DNA of 64,000 bases from Ophelia neglecta (taxonomy: Eukaryota), in contig OZ260666.1 of NCBI GenBank assembly GCA_965285935.1, positions 50,902,001-50,966,000 of the forward strand. Direction: 5' to 3'. This document shows, in pieces, positions 27,455 through 41,101 of this stretch. Below the pieces are notes generated by a model. The model was given only the letters and a program-made list of their open reading frames with translations, did no database searches and was not told where the DNA came from. The stretch's first letter is position 1, and every line of letters starts with the position of its first letter. Both the position numbers and the translations under genes were made by a program.

Positions 27455-27790
27455 TTGTGATGTTTGCTTCTTTGACACCTGTTTTATGACGCTTGCTTCT
27501 GTTACTTCTGTTTGTGAAGTTTGCTTTTGTGGCTCCTGCTTTGTGACGTTCGCCTACTATGATTCCCTCTTTGTGACGTTCGCTTACTGTCATTCCCGCT
27601 TTGTGACGTTCGCCTTCTGTGATTACCGCTTTGTGACGTTCGCCTACTGTGATTCCCGCTTTGTGACGTTCGCCTACTGTCATTCCCGCTTTGTGACGTT
27701 CGCCTTCTGTGATTACCGCTTTGTGACGTTCGCCTACTATGATTCCCGCTTTGTGACGTTCGCCTACTGTGATTCCCGCTTTGTGAGGTT
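27455..27790. repeat. 30-bp minisatellite, 8 good copies (27541-27780) plus degenerate flanks (TTGTGACGTTCGCCTACTGTGATTCCCGCT)
   Basis: Period 30 with a 90-bp higher-order pattern (copies 2-4 repeated as 5-7). Confidence 0.95.
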
Positions 27791-30700
27791 TCTTGCTGAT
27801 CTATTGCAGTTTGACATTCGTTTCAAACACTCTAGTTTCGGGCAGTCCCACATTTCTTTCTGACACTCCTTCTTGGGAGACTGACTCCCTTTTGACCTTT
27901 TCTTCTCTCCGAAACTGCCGCTGGTTGAAGTTCGTTTCTGGCGTTCTTGCTCTGTAAAGTCAGTTTCGGCCACTTCTTACTTTGTGACGTTTTTTTCTGA
28001 TCCTCCTGGTTCTGACCCTCCCGCTTCATGGGTGTTTTTCTCCCTAAACCGCCGCTGTGTGACCTTGGTTTCTGGCACTCGAACTTGATGACGATTGTTT
28101 CCGACACTTGTGAATTCCATTTCACTTTTATTTCTTAAAATACGATTGGTGACATTAGATGTTTCACGTTTTAAACATAATTAGATATATGATTAAGCTA
28201 GACCTCAGCTTTTACGTTATCTACCTAATACTTCCGAGACCGTATAGTTGTTTGATGACCATTATATATTTACGGTTGGCAAAGGTATTCGCACACGTAC
28301 AACATGTAGAATCACAGACGATCAATGGCAAATTAGGGTCCGACTTTAATATTAATAATGGTGGTGTTTTTAGGTGAAAGACTTTCCGGTTGGCGGTGTT
28401 GCCTAAGCAAGGACCTATTCTCTGGCTCATTTCATGCCCCGGCACTTTCTCATCTCCCTGTCTGATCCAGGAGTCCTTCCCCCTCCTGCCTCCCCCCCCT
28501 CTTCCCATATATTTAAAAAAAGAAATTAAATGACCCTAGTTCGTAGAAAGTCCACTCCGCCCTACCACATATCCTCAATGTGATCACATTTCATTCCTGC
28601 ATGTCGTGACGTCATTTCTTCCTCCCTTTGTTGTTTCTCTGCGAATTGTTGCGATAGCTCGGAGCGGTACGGGAGACAAGTGATACGCTCTCCTCCAAAA
28701 ATTCTGTCGCTGATGGCTTACTACAGTGCAGCCTCGGTGCAACGGATACGTTGAACTGCCAACGCCAATTTCTTACACCCCTAGGCTAGACGAGCATCCG
28801 TGCTTCAATACACCTGGACCGGCTAGAAAATGGGCAAGGAAAAAGCACTAGGTTGCTCCCTATGCAACGGTTGGCGGCCTTGAAAATAGCTCCGATTGGG
28901 ACGTGATTCGGATCTCCAAGGCTTAGTGATTTATCCCTGGTAAAATTCGAGCTAGGTTTATAGACGGAACAGCTGAATATTGATGAATGAAGATATACAA
29001 ATCTTTAAAAAACGAATCACATGTTTTGGCTATTTGAAATGGCGGCCTCAGCATGTGTGAGAAGGTTGTCCCCGGAACATTTTAATCACACTAGATAATA
29101 TGCTGAGGTTATGCGATTACAATCCTCCGCCAAGCCTGCCTCTGTCTTTGCTAAAAAATGTCGACGGCTGATAAGCTTGATAGCGTGGGATAAATGCTGG
29201 CTAGAATTTCAGATTATCTTAGCGATCTTGAGTAAATAGAACAAGAGGTGTGTAGTGTGATATGCGCCTATCTCAGATTTGGCTGTATGCTCAGCAGAGC
29301 TGGTGGTGGTGGGTGGGGCAGGGGTGAGCACGAAGGGAGCTGCTGGGGGATGTTGAAGCTGTTCTAGGGAATATCAACCAGGCGGGACCTACTCTTGGTG
29401 GCTGGCGGTAGCTGACCTCGTCTTGGGGCCGCTCGTCTCCTCAGCTGTCTCCAACAGGAAGAGGTCAGCCCTGGCTTCAGCCGCAGAATACCTAATGATA
29501 TGCCGCTCCGGTAACAGGCAATCAGCAGACTGTTCTAGATGGGAAGGACTATATAGAACACAGTGCCAAAGACAATGCTATCTATATAGGAGAAAGCGGC
29601 CGTTGTAAAGATTGACACCTATTGGCTTCTCCACAATTAGAGCACTTACAAAATATCCCGCTCTGTGGGTCTATTACTAAACCGAGCCAAATGAGAGCCC
29701 GGAATGAAGATTGAACAGACAAAAGCACATGCTTGTTGCCAACAGAAGAGTGTTTTAATTAAAACCCATGGACTTTTGGAAGAAGTTTTTGTAATTACCT
29801 CGTCCTGGCGTCCGTATTCGATGGCCGATATTAGTCGACAGGATGCTGAAGGAAGCCGACTAGTCATTTATCATGTTTGATGGAAGATATGTGCAATATC
29901 TTCTCTGACTAGATCATCTTCAGGCATTGGATAGGAGTTGGAACAAACTGGTTACCTGATAGCCAGTTGTGAAGATAATACAGAGGGTTGGGTGCTAAAC
30001 ATGTTTCTTTCTTAACCTCACCACACTTAGACACTTGATCTGTTCGCTCCTCAATTCCAAAATACCACCGGATTGTTCTTCAAGATGTAATATATTGCTT
30101 AAAATAAGCCATTATAGTATGGCATACAGGCGATTCGGCAAGTATCATAAACTGTACCTACAGTACGGGGAACGATAGCTTGAATCCTTCATTCAAGCAC
30201 GTATATATGGAGAGAGTATTCGCCACTGGCCAGTTTCAAGGCCAGCGGCCGAACGCCTGTTTCTAGCCGTTCGCCAGATGTGCCTGGCCAGTGGGCAGCC
30301 TCCGGCCCTTTACATTACATATACACCATAACACCCACGCACGAGCGTTTACAACGTCATGTGTATACACTCGCCAACTTTAAGAGGCAATCCGCCAGAA
30401 ATCATTGTCTCTGTGAGCGTGCAGGGGTCTCCAAACTCATCCTCTATCATAATGGTACGGTCAGCATAATTTCTGTCGGTCTAATAAGCGTTTCATGCAC
30501 TTCAAATTAGGCAAAGTTGTATGCGCGAAAACAGAGTAACTTGTTACTGGAGCTAGAAAACATGGCCCAGGCATTGCCGATGTGTCAACCAAGCTCCGCT
30601 GTTAGCAAGTGACCATTTCTGTTTTCTGCATATGCTCCCTTCCGGAAACGAGGTGTCATTCTGGCAGGAAATGGTTGAAGCCCGAATTAGAGCGGGCCTG

Positions 30701-32066
30701 AAACTACCGCTAGAACCGCGAGGTGGCCGCTCAACACGCTAAGTTATGACGCTCTCATCTACTAACAGTAACCATTCACGCCTTACGTACGTATACATAA
30801 GGCTATAGTGACCTGATTCCGACAGGCACCGTTGCTATTTTTTGAGAGGGTGCGGTCTTTTTATCTTCTCAGAAGAATAAAATGAAATGGGGGGAAAATG
30901 GAAGAATTCATTATAGCATTTATACATCGAATTATGTGGGGCGGTTTGCTCTCCTTCTTTAGACGGAATTCGCGTTACACCAGCTGCAAACAGAGAAAAT
31001 AAACTCGTTAAATTTGATCCGAAGTAATTGCGTAGGAACACAAACCTTAGACCTCTGCGGATTTTGGCAGTTCTCAGCGGGAGTTTTTTTTTACCTATCA
31101 TGCCAAATCGACGGTGCTTAATAAATGAAAACACGATTTCTTTAATCAGTATAAGATTTGGTGGGCCGATTCACCTGGCGACGAGTGCCACTGATAACAG
31201 GTATGGCTCGGCTTACCAGTTTTTACCTAGTTCCCACAGGGCCACGAAACCATGTTTATGCAGGAAATTCCCGCCCGTTGCTCTTTCTTCTGTCAAATAA
31301 TTTGGTAATTGACCTTGTGGTAATCTTGCAAGGAATCGAATGGCAGTCGCTCAGACCCAAAGCATACCTGTTGAAAGGGGATCCTGGCGGTAATAGCACT
31401 GATCGGGAGGAGGCAGAAGGCTCCCTTAGATTACCGGCACCCCTCTTCACCCCTCGCCTCTCCCCACTCTCTCTCCCCCAGCCACGCTCACCTCGGCTAG
31501 TTTTTCGTACTGTCAGAATATCACCTGCTATCCATCTCAAGGTGCGCCGAGTTGCTAAGCATTAAGACAGAACCCTACGCCGTGTTTATTTACGCAGGTC
31601 CTTCTCTATCACATTGCGGACAAACGTGTGAATTGCTGTAGGTGTTTGCTGTCGGTGAGATGAGAGATGACCAGGATGAGGCCGACGGCCCCGGGAGCAC
31701 CCAGTGTGTTCTGGTGGTTTTTGGGCGTACCTGCGCGTGGAATGAGGTTCCATTATGACCCGTCGACTTTCCTTGAGCTGAGGATGTAAGGATCCTCGCC
31801 ATGTCGCCTCTATCCCACCCGCCCCGATACTTATGACCTCGCGCCCTACCGACCGTCTACTTATCTTCTCACTCCACAACAACCCATTTGTAATACTACC
31901 GGCTGCTCATCAAGCCGAGAATGGTCGACAAGCATGATAGCCAACAGCGGTCATCCTGGGTAGGCTCCGACAACATAATCTACGGAATCTATACTCTGTA
32001 CATACGTGTTTACAGGCCCCAGAGCAGGCAAAGGTATATCTGAGGAGAAACAGACACCCATCTCAC

Positions 32067-32070
<4 letters not shown>

Positions 32071-32139
<69 letters not shown>
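32071..32139. repeat. (TC)n microsatellite
   Basis: ~34 uninterrupted TC units. Confidence 0.98.
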
Positions 32140-32143
<4 letters not shown>

Positions 32144-32869
32144 GTTAGTGGAAATCACTACAAGTGCTGTCATTTAATTACCAGGCAGGCTACCAATTTC
32201 TTCGGTTGGCTAATTTCTGCCCCCCAAATTCGGAAAAAGTTCTAGGTGTTCCACCCTCAGGAAAGAGTGTGCTTCAGGAAACCCAGGCCTCTCTCTCCCT
32301 GCTTGCCATGACCGCGTAATACAAGCTCTTCAAGTGCAAAGTGCAAAATTCGCTCAGGAAATTAAATCAACATGATTTATATCATTATTGTATATATTAT
32401 TATGGCCTGCACTTAATTTTTTTAGGGTCGTGTGAATTATTACAAAAAGAAAGGTCTGTGCCATAATTTGGTCTTTGTTCCATGGTAGGTAACTCGGCTG
32501 CAATTGACCCCACACCCTTTTTATTCGGGAAAAAAGGGCTACCAAGACAAGAAAACTAGATGGCAATAAGAACCTGTTTTATGCCCAGTATTTTGTTGTG
32601 ATTCTATGATAACATTTGATGTCTGTGTTGAAGTTGTCGGACGCCGCCATGTGTTATGATGAGTTGGCTCTGAGTGCTGTGATAACACCTCAGTTTCCCA
32701 ATATATACTTATACTGATAGGCGATGATTAGAAAGAACTACAATATGTTTGCATGTTGATAATGGCGTTAGGTTTATTACCCGCCTATCGCGTAGAACCT
32801 GGTAATTATCTGCTCGTTTTAATTGTGCCGCAAACAAAGGGGAACGTAATGGCCAGGTAATACCTGATG

Positions 32870-33344
32870 TGTTATTGGCCGGAGATTGGGGAAGGGCCCC
32901 GTGATGTAAGACTATTTGAGCGGGCTGTGGGCCGGGCCATACCCCCCCCCCCCCCCGCCCCTCCCTCTGTATAGGCTTAGGATTAGTACAGTGACCGGAT
33001 GGGACTCACCAGTGTGGTGAGAAGCCACTGGAGTGTGGCGCTCACATCTCGAGCAGATGCGCGTGCGGCTGCTATAGGCCTATTCATAATGGCAGTGATT
33101 GTTGTGGTGTTGTGGTGGTGTAAGCGCCCTGATGACGTCTTCTGGCCTCGGGAGAGCAGAGTCTCGGCGCTAGTCGATGTCCCCAGTGCTTTCCTATCGT
33201 AGTACGCTGATCGCCATATAAAACAGACGCCAGCAGCCTCAGCCGTTCACTGTGCTGTCGTCAGGAAGAGGCCGGTTGTCGTATGTCGAGCAGACGGCTG
33301 AACGGGGGCCTGCCATCTACCATCATCTGACTGCGCTGCTCTCT
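32870..33344 (+). promoter_or_regulatory. Candidate TATA promoter running into an assembly gap
   Basis: ATTGG at 32874 and 32885, GC box ~32953, TGACGTCT 33133, TATAAAA 33217, Inr-like TTCACT ~31 nt downstream. Confidence 0.45.
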
Positions 33345-33480
33345 NNNNNNNNNNNNNNNNNNNNNNNNNNNNNNNNNNNNNNNNNNNNNNNNNNNNNNNN
33401 NNNNNNNNNNNNNNNNNNNNNNNNNNNNNNNNNNNNNNNNNNNNNNNNNNNNNNNNNNNNNNNNNNNNNNNNNNNNNNNN
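33345..33480. other. Assembly gap (136 N)
   Basis: Run of n. Confidence 1.
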
Positions 33481-36400
33481 TTCAATATGTTATCAGTAGT
33501 TTGTCTCAGCGACATTTATTTGAAAGTTGTTCTGATTCTGCGTTAAACCAGAAGCCTTCTTAAGCGGTTACAGAATTCTGCCTAAGACTTTTTCTTTCTA
33601 GGTTTTTATAGTTCAATGTAGGCCTATAACATTTCTGCTTTATATTGACTTTTTTCTTTCATTTATTTCGATGTCCGAAAATGAAACATGACACGGTTTA
33701 TTTCTGCTGTTGATATTTAGGCCTAATATACTTTTGATAAGACTTTATAAAATTCATGTTATATTTTGTCCACTGTAAGACAACAGGTGGAACTTCTAAG
33801 ATGTGTGGAATATTCGTTTGGACAAAAATATTGACCAAAGGAGTCATGGCCCCTTGTGTCACTCTTGTCACTCAGTGCGGGTTTAGATACTGTTCTTTAA
33901 GGACGGGGAGACTTATGAATGGTTTTACGACAGGTTGCTATTTTTGTTCTTTTAATTGGTTCGAATCCACCAGCGGTCAATTTCCTTAAATAGCAGGAAG
34001 CTTTCTAAAACTGGCACTAATCAATATTGACTGGAGTGAACATATACGTCATTGGCAGGGTGGTAGTGGGTGGCGGGTGAGCGGCTATCACTCATTGCGC
34101 CATCGTCGATGGTGACACCGAAGGTGGTGGAGGAAGGGGTGGAGATGGGGGGTGGGGGGCAGAGGCACGGATAACCACCTCAGGGTATAGATACCTCGGG
34201 AAAACGTAGCGACTGAAAAAGTAACATATTGTGTAGTTAAACTTTGAACCAGTACAGGGTTTGCTGCCTGCGGTGGTGCACGTTTTACAACAGAGCATTA
34301 AAGGAGTTAATTGCACATTTTAAGTCATTAAGATATCAATACAGGGATAAGAGTCTTCTCGGAATACGGCCATCACTAGGAATGACTGGGTTGCGTTGGT
34401 GAAGTGTTTAATTGCACTATTCCCACTTGCCGGATGGTTTAACTACCACCAACATGTTTTAAATCTTGGGAGCTGTACACCGCATTCCGTCTTGCAGTAT
34501 ATTATCCAGTGTATACTGGCTGGTCTAGTTAGTCTGGTATTTTTCATAGTTCACCTAGCTATTGGGAGGTTGTTGGTACCTATATATTTTCTTTGAGGCA
34601 TACGGGTTTTTTGTCTGCGGTTTTAACCATGAACGCCCGTGTACAAAGAAAAGTCAGGTAAAATACAAATTCTGTGCCTATAGCCCTGATGTGTTGATAT
34701 TAACACAGAGTGTGAACTCCTAGAATTCCAGGCGTCTTCAACAGAGGGCGTGCCTTCTGACATCCCACGTGACCCCTGATAGACGGGCGGGAGGTTTAAT
34801 TGGTGGAGGTGACTTAGGCTTTTCCCTTGCCATCAGTTCTGAATGTATGCAACACTTCCATACGTGAGATGGTTCTAAAACTTCGTTTCCTTTCGTGTTA
34901 ATGCTCAAGTTTTATGCTTTTGTCGGCAAAAGGCATGCGGGGCTGATCTCTGCTAGGAAAACTGCTGGTGTATTAAGTGTACAGTTTAGAGCAACTCGGC
35001 TAATTCTTGTTCTGACGCTCTGTTCGTCTCTGACAGACATAGGCTAAAAAATTGGCCACTTGCGTAGGGATCTTCGTCATTGACGGAAACCTGGGCAGGT
35101 CGGCCAAAAATAACATGAACAAAGCGGGCTGCGAGGGGCTAGTGTAGCCGGCAAGAGGCAAACACACACGGAACATGGATGGTACTGGTACGGAGTCGGG
35201 CAGGTAAATCTCACTGGCATTAACACCTGCTTGTGTTGGAACTATGTGTAACCTGAAAGATGCTGACACGGAACCTTTCTCGGGTAAGTCGTCTGCTATC
35301 AAATCTTTCGTCCTGCCGATGCCCTCGTCCTCTTCTCCCGTACCTGACTGATCACTCTACCTTCCGTGTGTCATGCACATCATCAGCCTGTTGTGGAATT
35401 ATCGCAGGTTGCCAAGTAGTCGGCTCATGCTCATACTCGCCAGATGATACAGGACATGGCACCATAGTTTTACTACTTACTAAACAAAGTGAATTGAGTT
35501 GTTTCCTTGCCACTGCTACGTAGTAAGCCTAGGTATATTTTGACAAGATATATATTTATATATATACACTTATATATACTTATATATATTTATATATATT
35601 TATATTTATATCTAGTGCATTGTGTTCTTTATATGTTTTTTTGTATGATTATCGTGGGTTACAAGGACATTACATGCATTTTTGTGTATCGTTGTCTTGC
35701 CCCGTTCGGATCAGTTCCTTATCTCCTATCTGATTATATCTCTGAACAGCTGAGAGCAATGCCTATATCATTAAGGTTCACTTGTGTCCTCCTTTTATCA
35801 GTTGTAGTTCATTACTTGGCATGGATTTCTCTGCGGCTAAACCTTTATTGTATCATGGACGCCTGCCAACACAGGGGTCCCAAACAAAGGATAAAATTGT
35901 CCAACCTTCTCTGTATTTTCACTGTTTTTCTGTGCTATGTTCTTCCAAGAATCGACCCCTTTCAATTTATGGCATCCGATTTAAAAACCCCTAAAAACCC
36001 CAATGCCAGGCAGTTTGCAAATTGGCATCCATTTGCTGAGCTGTCTAAGCCACAGACTTATTTATGGATCAATCATGTAGTCGCTTATCGATTGGACAAA
36101 AAGCTCTATGGCTTGATCAGCTATATATCTATGTAGATAGACCAGGTACCACGTTGTTGTGTAGATGCAGAGTTTGAGAGGGAGTAGTATTCGGGAAGTG
36201 GTTTCCACTGCCTCTGTAGTGGCTCGCCTTCTGCTTTGGCAGCACTGCACAGACTACCGCTTCAACAGTGTTGCTGGTTAGCAATATAATCGCCAGGTAG
36301 CGCCATGGCTGCGAGACATAATCGAGCTACTTTACTTTGCACATAGGCTCGGGATACCCGGGGGGGGGGGGGGGAGCACTTAATACGGATGGGAGAGAGG

Positions 36401-39400
36401 AGGTGACAAAATTATGTCACTATCCTATAGGAGTTTATCATAAAAACAAACATCCCAACAAAATGAATATATATTATACAAACCTTTTTTTTAACGGACA
36501 AACTTATTTTTCGCTTCGCGCTATAACATTAATGCATTTTTCTTTCCGTGTAACATATTTCTATATTAAACTCTGAAGTTTTCATTATAAATTATGTAAC
36601 TATTTATACTTCAGCGGTAACTTTACGTTGCAGTCCATGTGATTTAAAGGAATATTGATATAAACCATGAAATTAAAACAAAACTTTAACTGGCCCTATA
36701 AATAGCAGAAAGGCCCTTGTGGACCCAAAAAAGTGGTGTTTTTTATTCATTATGTGTGTGTGGGGTGGGGGAGGGGGGAGGCTATAAATTAGGAGCGAAG
36801 GTTGATGTACAACGCATACAAAATTTGTTGAACTATGGTAGAATATGAACGTTATTAAATGAATGGACAGGAACATATAAAACTAACTTCACGCCATCTT
36901 TGTTTCATGTTTCATTTAATTCATTACATTATTAATTGTTTTTTGATCTTATCAAACAATTACTGGTTAACAGCAAATACAGGCGTTTCAATTGTTTGCA
37001 TCCAGTATGTCGTGCTGCGTGTGAAAGCGTTGGGGGGGGGGGGGGGGGGTGTCATGAAAACACCAACCGGTGTGGTGTGGGCGTTGCAAGTGGATGAGGA
37101 CGATTGTATACCATACATCATCGGTGGGGAAACGGCAATAGACGTACACAAAGCTGTACTGGTCCCACCCCCTGTGATACATATCGACAGCACCCGAATC
37201 CGGTTTAGACATAATCACTTTTTTAAAGGCCCATAAGTGTGATTGTCTGATCCTTTAAATGTTTATGAACTGTTTCCAAATGATGCATTGAGCAAATGGG
37301 CTGTGTTCACGCGGCTGTTGCCTTTCCTGGGTCGAAAGGGCCAGGGTCTTTATGCAGATTATGGCTGCCATTCTCCGAGTATTTTACAATGACTGAACTC
37401 ACTTTTGTTCCGCTAAAGAATGTTCCAGGGAGAAGTCTTATAGATCATGTTTGTATTGTCAATGAATACATTGATTTGGGTCTGCTAGGTTGGGGCTGTT
37501 TGCTTGTGTAAATATGTTTAATTATTAATTTGATTTATATGAACTCGTGGTGTCAGTTGTTCATCACGTGCCGATTTCAATTTAACCTTTCTGATCATTG
37601 TCGAAGCCCTTTAATGACATACGCTGACATGCGCACAAGTGACTTAAGGGCGAGCGCGGTGACAGCGATAGATTTGACAGCTACACCATGATTAGGTCTG
37701 GGATGCTTTCAGTCTCACTTCATTATGCAATTAAAAACATTAGAGGCCACTCGGGCGATCGCTCCGCGTGTCCTTCTGAATGGCAAAGGTTGTTTGCAGC
37801 GCCAAGCGTGTCCCCCTCCACCAAAATAGTCATTGGGAGGGCTAGTCATTCCCATCCAAAACAACGCCCAAATTAAACGGCTGATTTTACCCGACCCCAG
37901 GGAGCTGAACACGTAGATTGACTGCCTCCATATTGTGTCATTATAGCCTTGCCACGTGACCGCTTATTTCAGCACAAGCCGTGTCCTCTCGCTCGCCCCG
38001 TTCAGTGTACTCTCGTTTTCTCACGATTATCCCGATAATCTTTCTGTAAATTGTGACTGAATCCACTGAGTAACTTTATATTTCTATGTACAACTTATAC
38101 TTTATCTACTCTTTTTTTAATTTTCTCTTGATCATGTTCAACAATTGTCATATGGCAGGGATACATAACGTTTTTTCAATGGCTTTTTTTCTAGGGTTTT
38201 CAAATTTAAGGTACGTCTATTTTTTGTGGATCTCTACTGTCATTGTTATTTTTAAAAAAAGGAGGAAAACTAAATTTTAACAAAGGTATATACGATTGAG
38301 CGGTTTATGAACAGGCTTATAGTGAATAATTAATTAAGTTGTAATGTCAGCAGGTTCTAAGATATGACCCCAGCAATCATTCATGGAACAAAATAGTTAA
38401 ATATGCATGATCTCCGTGACGTTATTTATTGCCAAAGGTCATCGCTTATCGATAGCTTCGACCTGACGCTGATCATAAAGATATATGAATAGAAATATTA
38501 ATGCTCTGGCTTTATGTTCAGATCATTGTCGGTATCGCTAGAGGCGTTCATTCATTCCTAGTACTCACAATGGCGACAAGGTTTTTTGCTGTTTTAACTT
38601 CTCCCGTGCCTGTTCACGACATTTTGTGCGAGCAGACGACATTCTGAATTGGCTTGGACATCCACGTGCCATTTCATAAAGGTCAGCTCGATATTTCTCG
38701 CCAAACTAAACCATATCAACAAACCTATGCGAAAATGTCAAAGGGTCGAATAATTATGCTATGTAAGGTTATGTTTACAATAAAAGTAAGATTTAATAGA
38801 TGTTGCCCTTCAATTGCGTTCCCGATAGAAGAGGTGGCGAAATGCCACATTTCTAACAAAATGGCAGGTTCCTGGTGCCGCCTTTAAATAGGCCGGGATC
38901 GCTACACTTCCGACAGAAGTGGTTCTGATGTTCACTCAAGAGGAGTGCTTATATGCGGATATTGTCAGCTCCGATCACTGCCACCACCTAGTTGAGGTTG
39001 GCTGTAAATAGGGCAGTTTTGTTGAGAATCCAGGGCAGTTCTATCAGCTAAGGGTACACATATACCAGGGATGGGAATGGATAACAGGATGGCGAAAAAT
39101 AAACCGATACAAACGCCTTTTGACGTATTGTTAAGCATTATTTACCAATTGGCTTCTCGGAGTGCGTCCGATTACAGAGTAAGAAGTCGAAAAGTTCAGC
39201 CGCAAATTCAGCCGCAAATTCAGCTGGTCAGTCAGTGGCATCCATTGACAACTGTGGTCAATATGCTGAGGTACATCATGCCGAAAAAAGTACGGCTCCG
39301 ACATACCAGGTAGGACAGACAACGTTGTTTTACCCAGAAATAACAAAGTGACGAACGTATCGTCTAGTTAACTTGTTGTTTTACAGGCCTATTGTATGCT

Positions 39401-39779
39401 GTTTCAATAGAATTTAAATTACCTGTTCAGGCTTTAGTTTGAGCCATATTGATGGGGGCCTTGCCACTATTTGCCAAAGAATCTGCTTCTGCCTATGAAC
39501 TTACTTGAATATATGCATGTTAGTCATGAGACAACTATAACTCAAATTGCTATAATGAAAGCCATGAATTTGGTTTAAAGAAACGGCTATTTGTAGGCAG
39601 CATATTATGCATATAAGAAACCAGTGAGGAAAATAGGGCTCATGAGCAGAATCCCGGTAACAGTTTTGTAGATATATAACTCGACCTCTCCCACATTCGC
39701 GGTCATAAAAGCCACTTAAATTGATATTGATTTCAATATTTTATATTCAAAATTGAGATGTGACAAAAAGTAAGATGAT

Positions 39780-40170
39780 AGTAGTAAGTTTATTCCTTAA
39801 TCCATTCGAATTGTAGGATACAATATATACAATGATATAGATGAGTAAGTTATAAGAATAAGTGCATAAAAATTAGTACAATGATTAGTAATATACTGAA
39901 ATTGCCTAGGTTACAATAGTAGTTCAGCTTAAAAAGATTTGTCTGTGTAGAAGCAAAGCCTTTTGGATAAAATTAGAGAGATTATTTATAATTTTAGGGT
40001 CAGAATTCGTGAATAATTCAATGAACTTTTGTTCTTCATTAATATCATAATCAAAATTCAAATAGTGCAACCTGAGTGAAGAATAGATAGGACACCGACA
40101 TATTACATGAATTTCGGTTTCTGGCACTAAACATGCTAGACAAATTCTATCTTCTGGTTCTATTCTAAGT
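39780..40170 (-). mobile_element. 5'-truncated non-LTR retrotransposon (LINE) 3' end with a 22-bp target-site duplication
   Basis: ATGTGACAAAAAGTAAGATGAT occurs at 39758-39779 and 40171-40192. The minus frame encodes LRIEPEDRICLACLVPETEIHVICRCPIYSSLR (ORF2 C-terminal Cys/His knuckle), then a stop, a 3'UTR, AATAAA and a short (ACT) tail. Confidence 0.88.
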
Positions 40171-40899
40171 ATGTGACAAAAAGTAAGATGATGATAGTGA
40201 CAACCATGAACACCTGAATCTGTTAGTGTTGTTTATTGCAATAGTTTTTTTTTAAAAGTTGCACCAATGAAGTTTTTTTTATAAATCGATCACGCAAATA
40301 CGTGCAATACAATTTGTCGGTTTATGGGCCTAGAAAAAGTTAAGCAGAAGTTGAGAAGTGCATTATTTTTGAATTATTGGAATATTAAATTTAAACAAAA
40401 CTAAGTTATGAATCCCCCATAAGCGTTGTGTCGTCTGCAAGACTTAATATCCTGCAAACAAGGGAGAACAAATGCTAATTTGGTGCGGTTTAAATGTCAT
40501 TTATCTTCTGGCAATGAATTAATTATGTTGGCTATCGTCAGCGAAAGGGGAGTGGTTTGAAGTCTTGCGTCACTCCTCGGTGAAATGAAAAATATCTGGC
40601 GAATTATATGATAAGCTTAGTGTTGTTGGTATATTAGAAAACATTAAAAATTATCGTCAGGTTACAAGCGGCTATATTCATTTGCAAACAGCCTCAGATT
40701 GGCAGTCTACTTGCGTGACTGCTAGCCATGTTTGGTTCCGAGAGAATTAAGAATTGAAGGAGAATATTATGATAATATGGTGTCAGGACGAGCGTGTAGA
40801 CTTATAGTCTCATTAGCCGTGTTGGACATCGTTTATCTCGGGTTGACAGCCGGTTAGGGACTTAGATTGGGCGCGGTTTGTAGGTAGAAAGCAGACGAG

Positions 40900-41101
40900 A
40901 TGAGTTTGTGGAGCGCAGAGGAGTTCCCGCCACAATCTCCCTGTTCGTACCCCTCGTCCGGACGTCTTGCTCCTTCGCACTACGGAGTTACCTACCGGAT
41001 TTTAAGAGATTGGAAGCCGCTTTGGTCCGCGAGTCATCCTGGCGGGCTCGTCATGAGACGCGGCCACCACGGTTACCCACGGCGACATTACTTCCCGCCA
41101 G
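40900..41101 (+). CDS. NR4A: Candidate alternative coding first exon of NR4A (MSLWSAEEFP...RRHYFPP), phase 1
   Basis: ATG 40900 (gagATG), 202 nt open to strong donor CAG|gtgagt. G+TC joins in frame to the stop-free frame of exon 43771. Confidence 0.5.

Noticed and set aside
27444-27863. Repetitive ORFs (ERHKAG / RFVTFAYC)
   Set aside because: Products of the 30-bp minisatellite.
28830-28857. Phase-1 micro-ORF MGKEKAL downstream of the CRE at 28607
   Set aside because: Donor TAG|gttgct is too weak to support.
33958-33968. Pol III B-box GGTTCGAATCC
   Set aside because: No A-box or cloverleaf; not a tRNA or clear SINE.
35507-36136. 209-aa ORF
   Set aside because: TTG start, includes an AT low-complexity tract, no recognisable domain.
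21834-36705. MEF2 consensus sites (21834, 22858, 36696)
   Set aside because: AT-rich 10-mers at about chance frequency and not tied to the promoter modules.
39071-39313. ATG ORF ending at donor CAG|gtagga as an NR4A coding first exon
   Set aside because: Phase 2, incompatible with both NR4A acceptors; at most a uORF-bearing exon.
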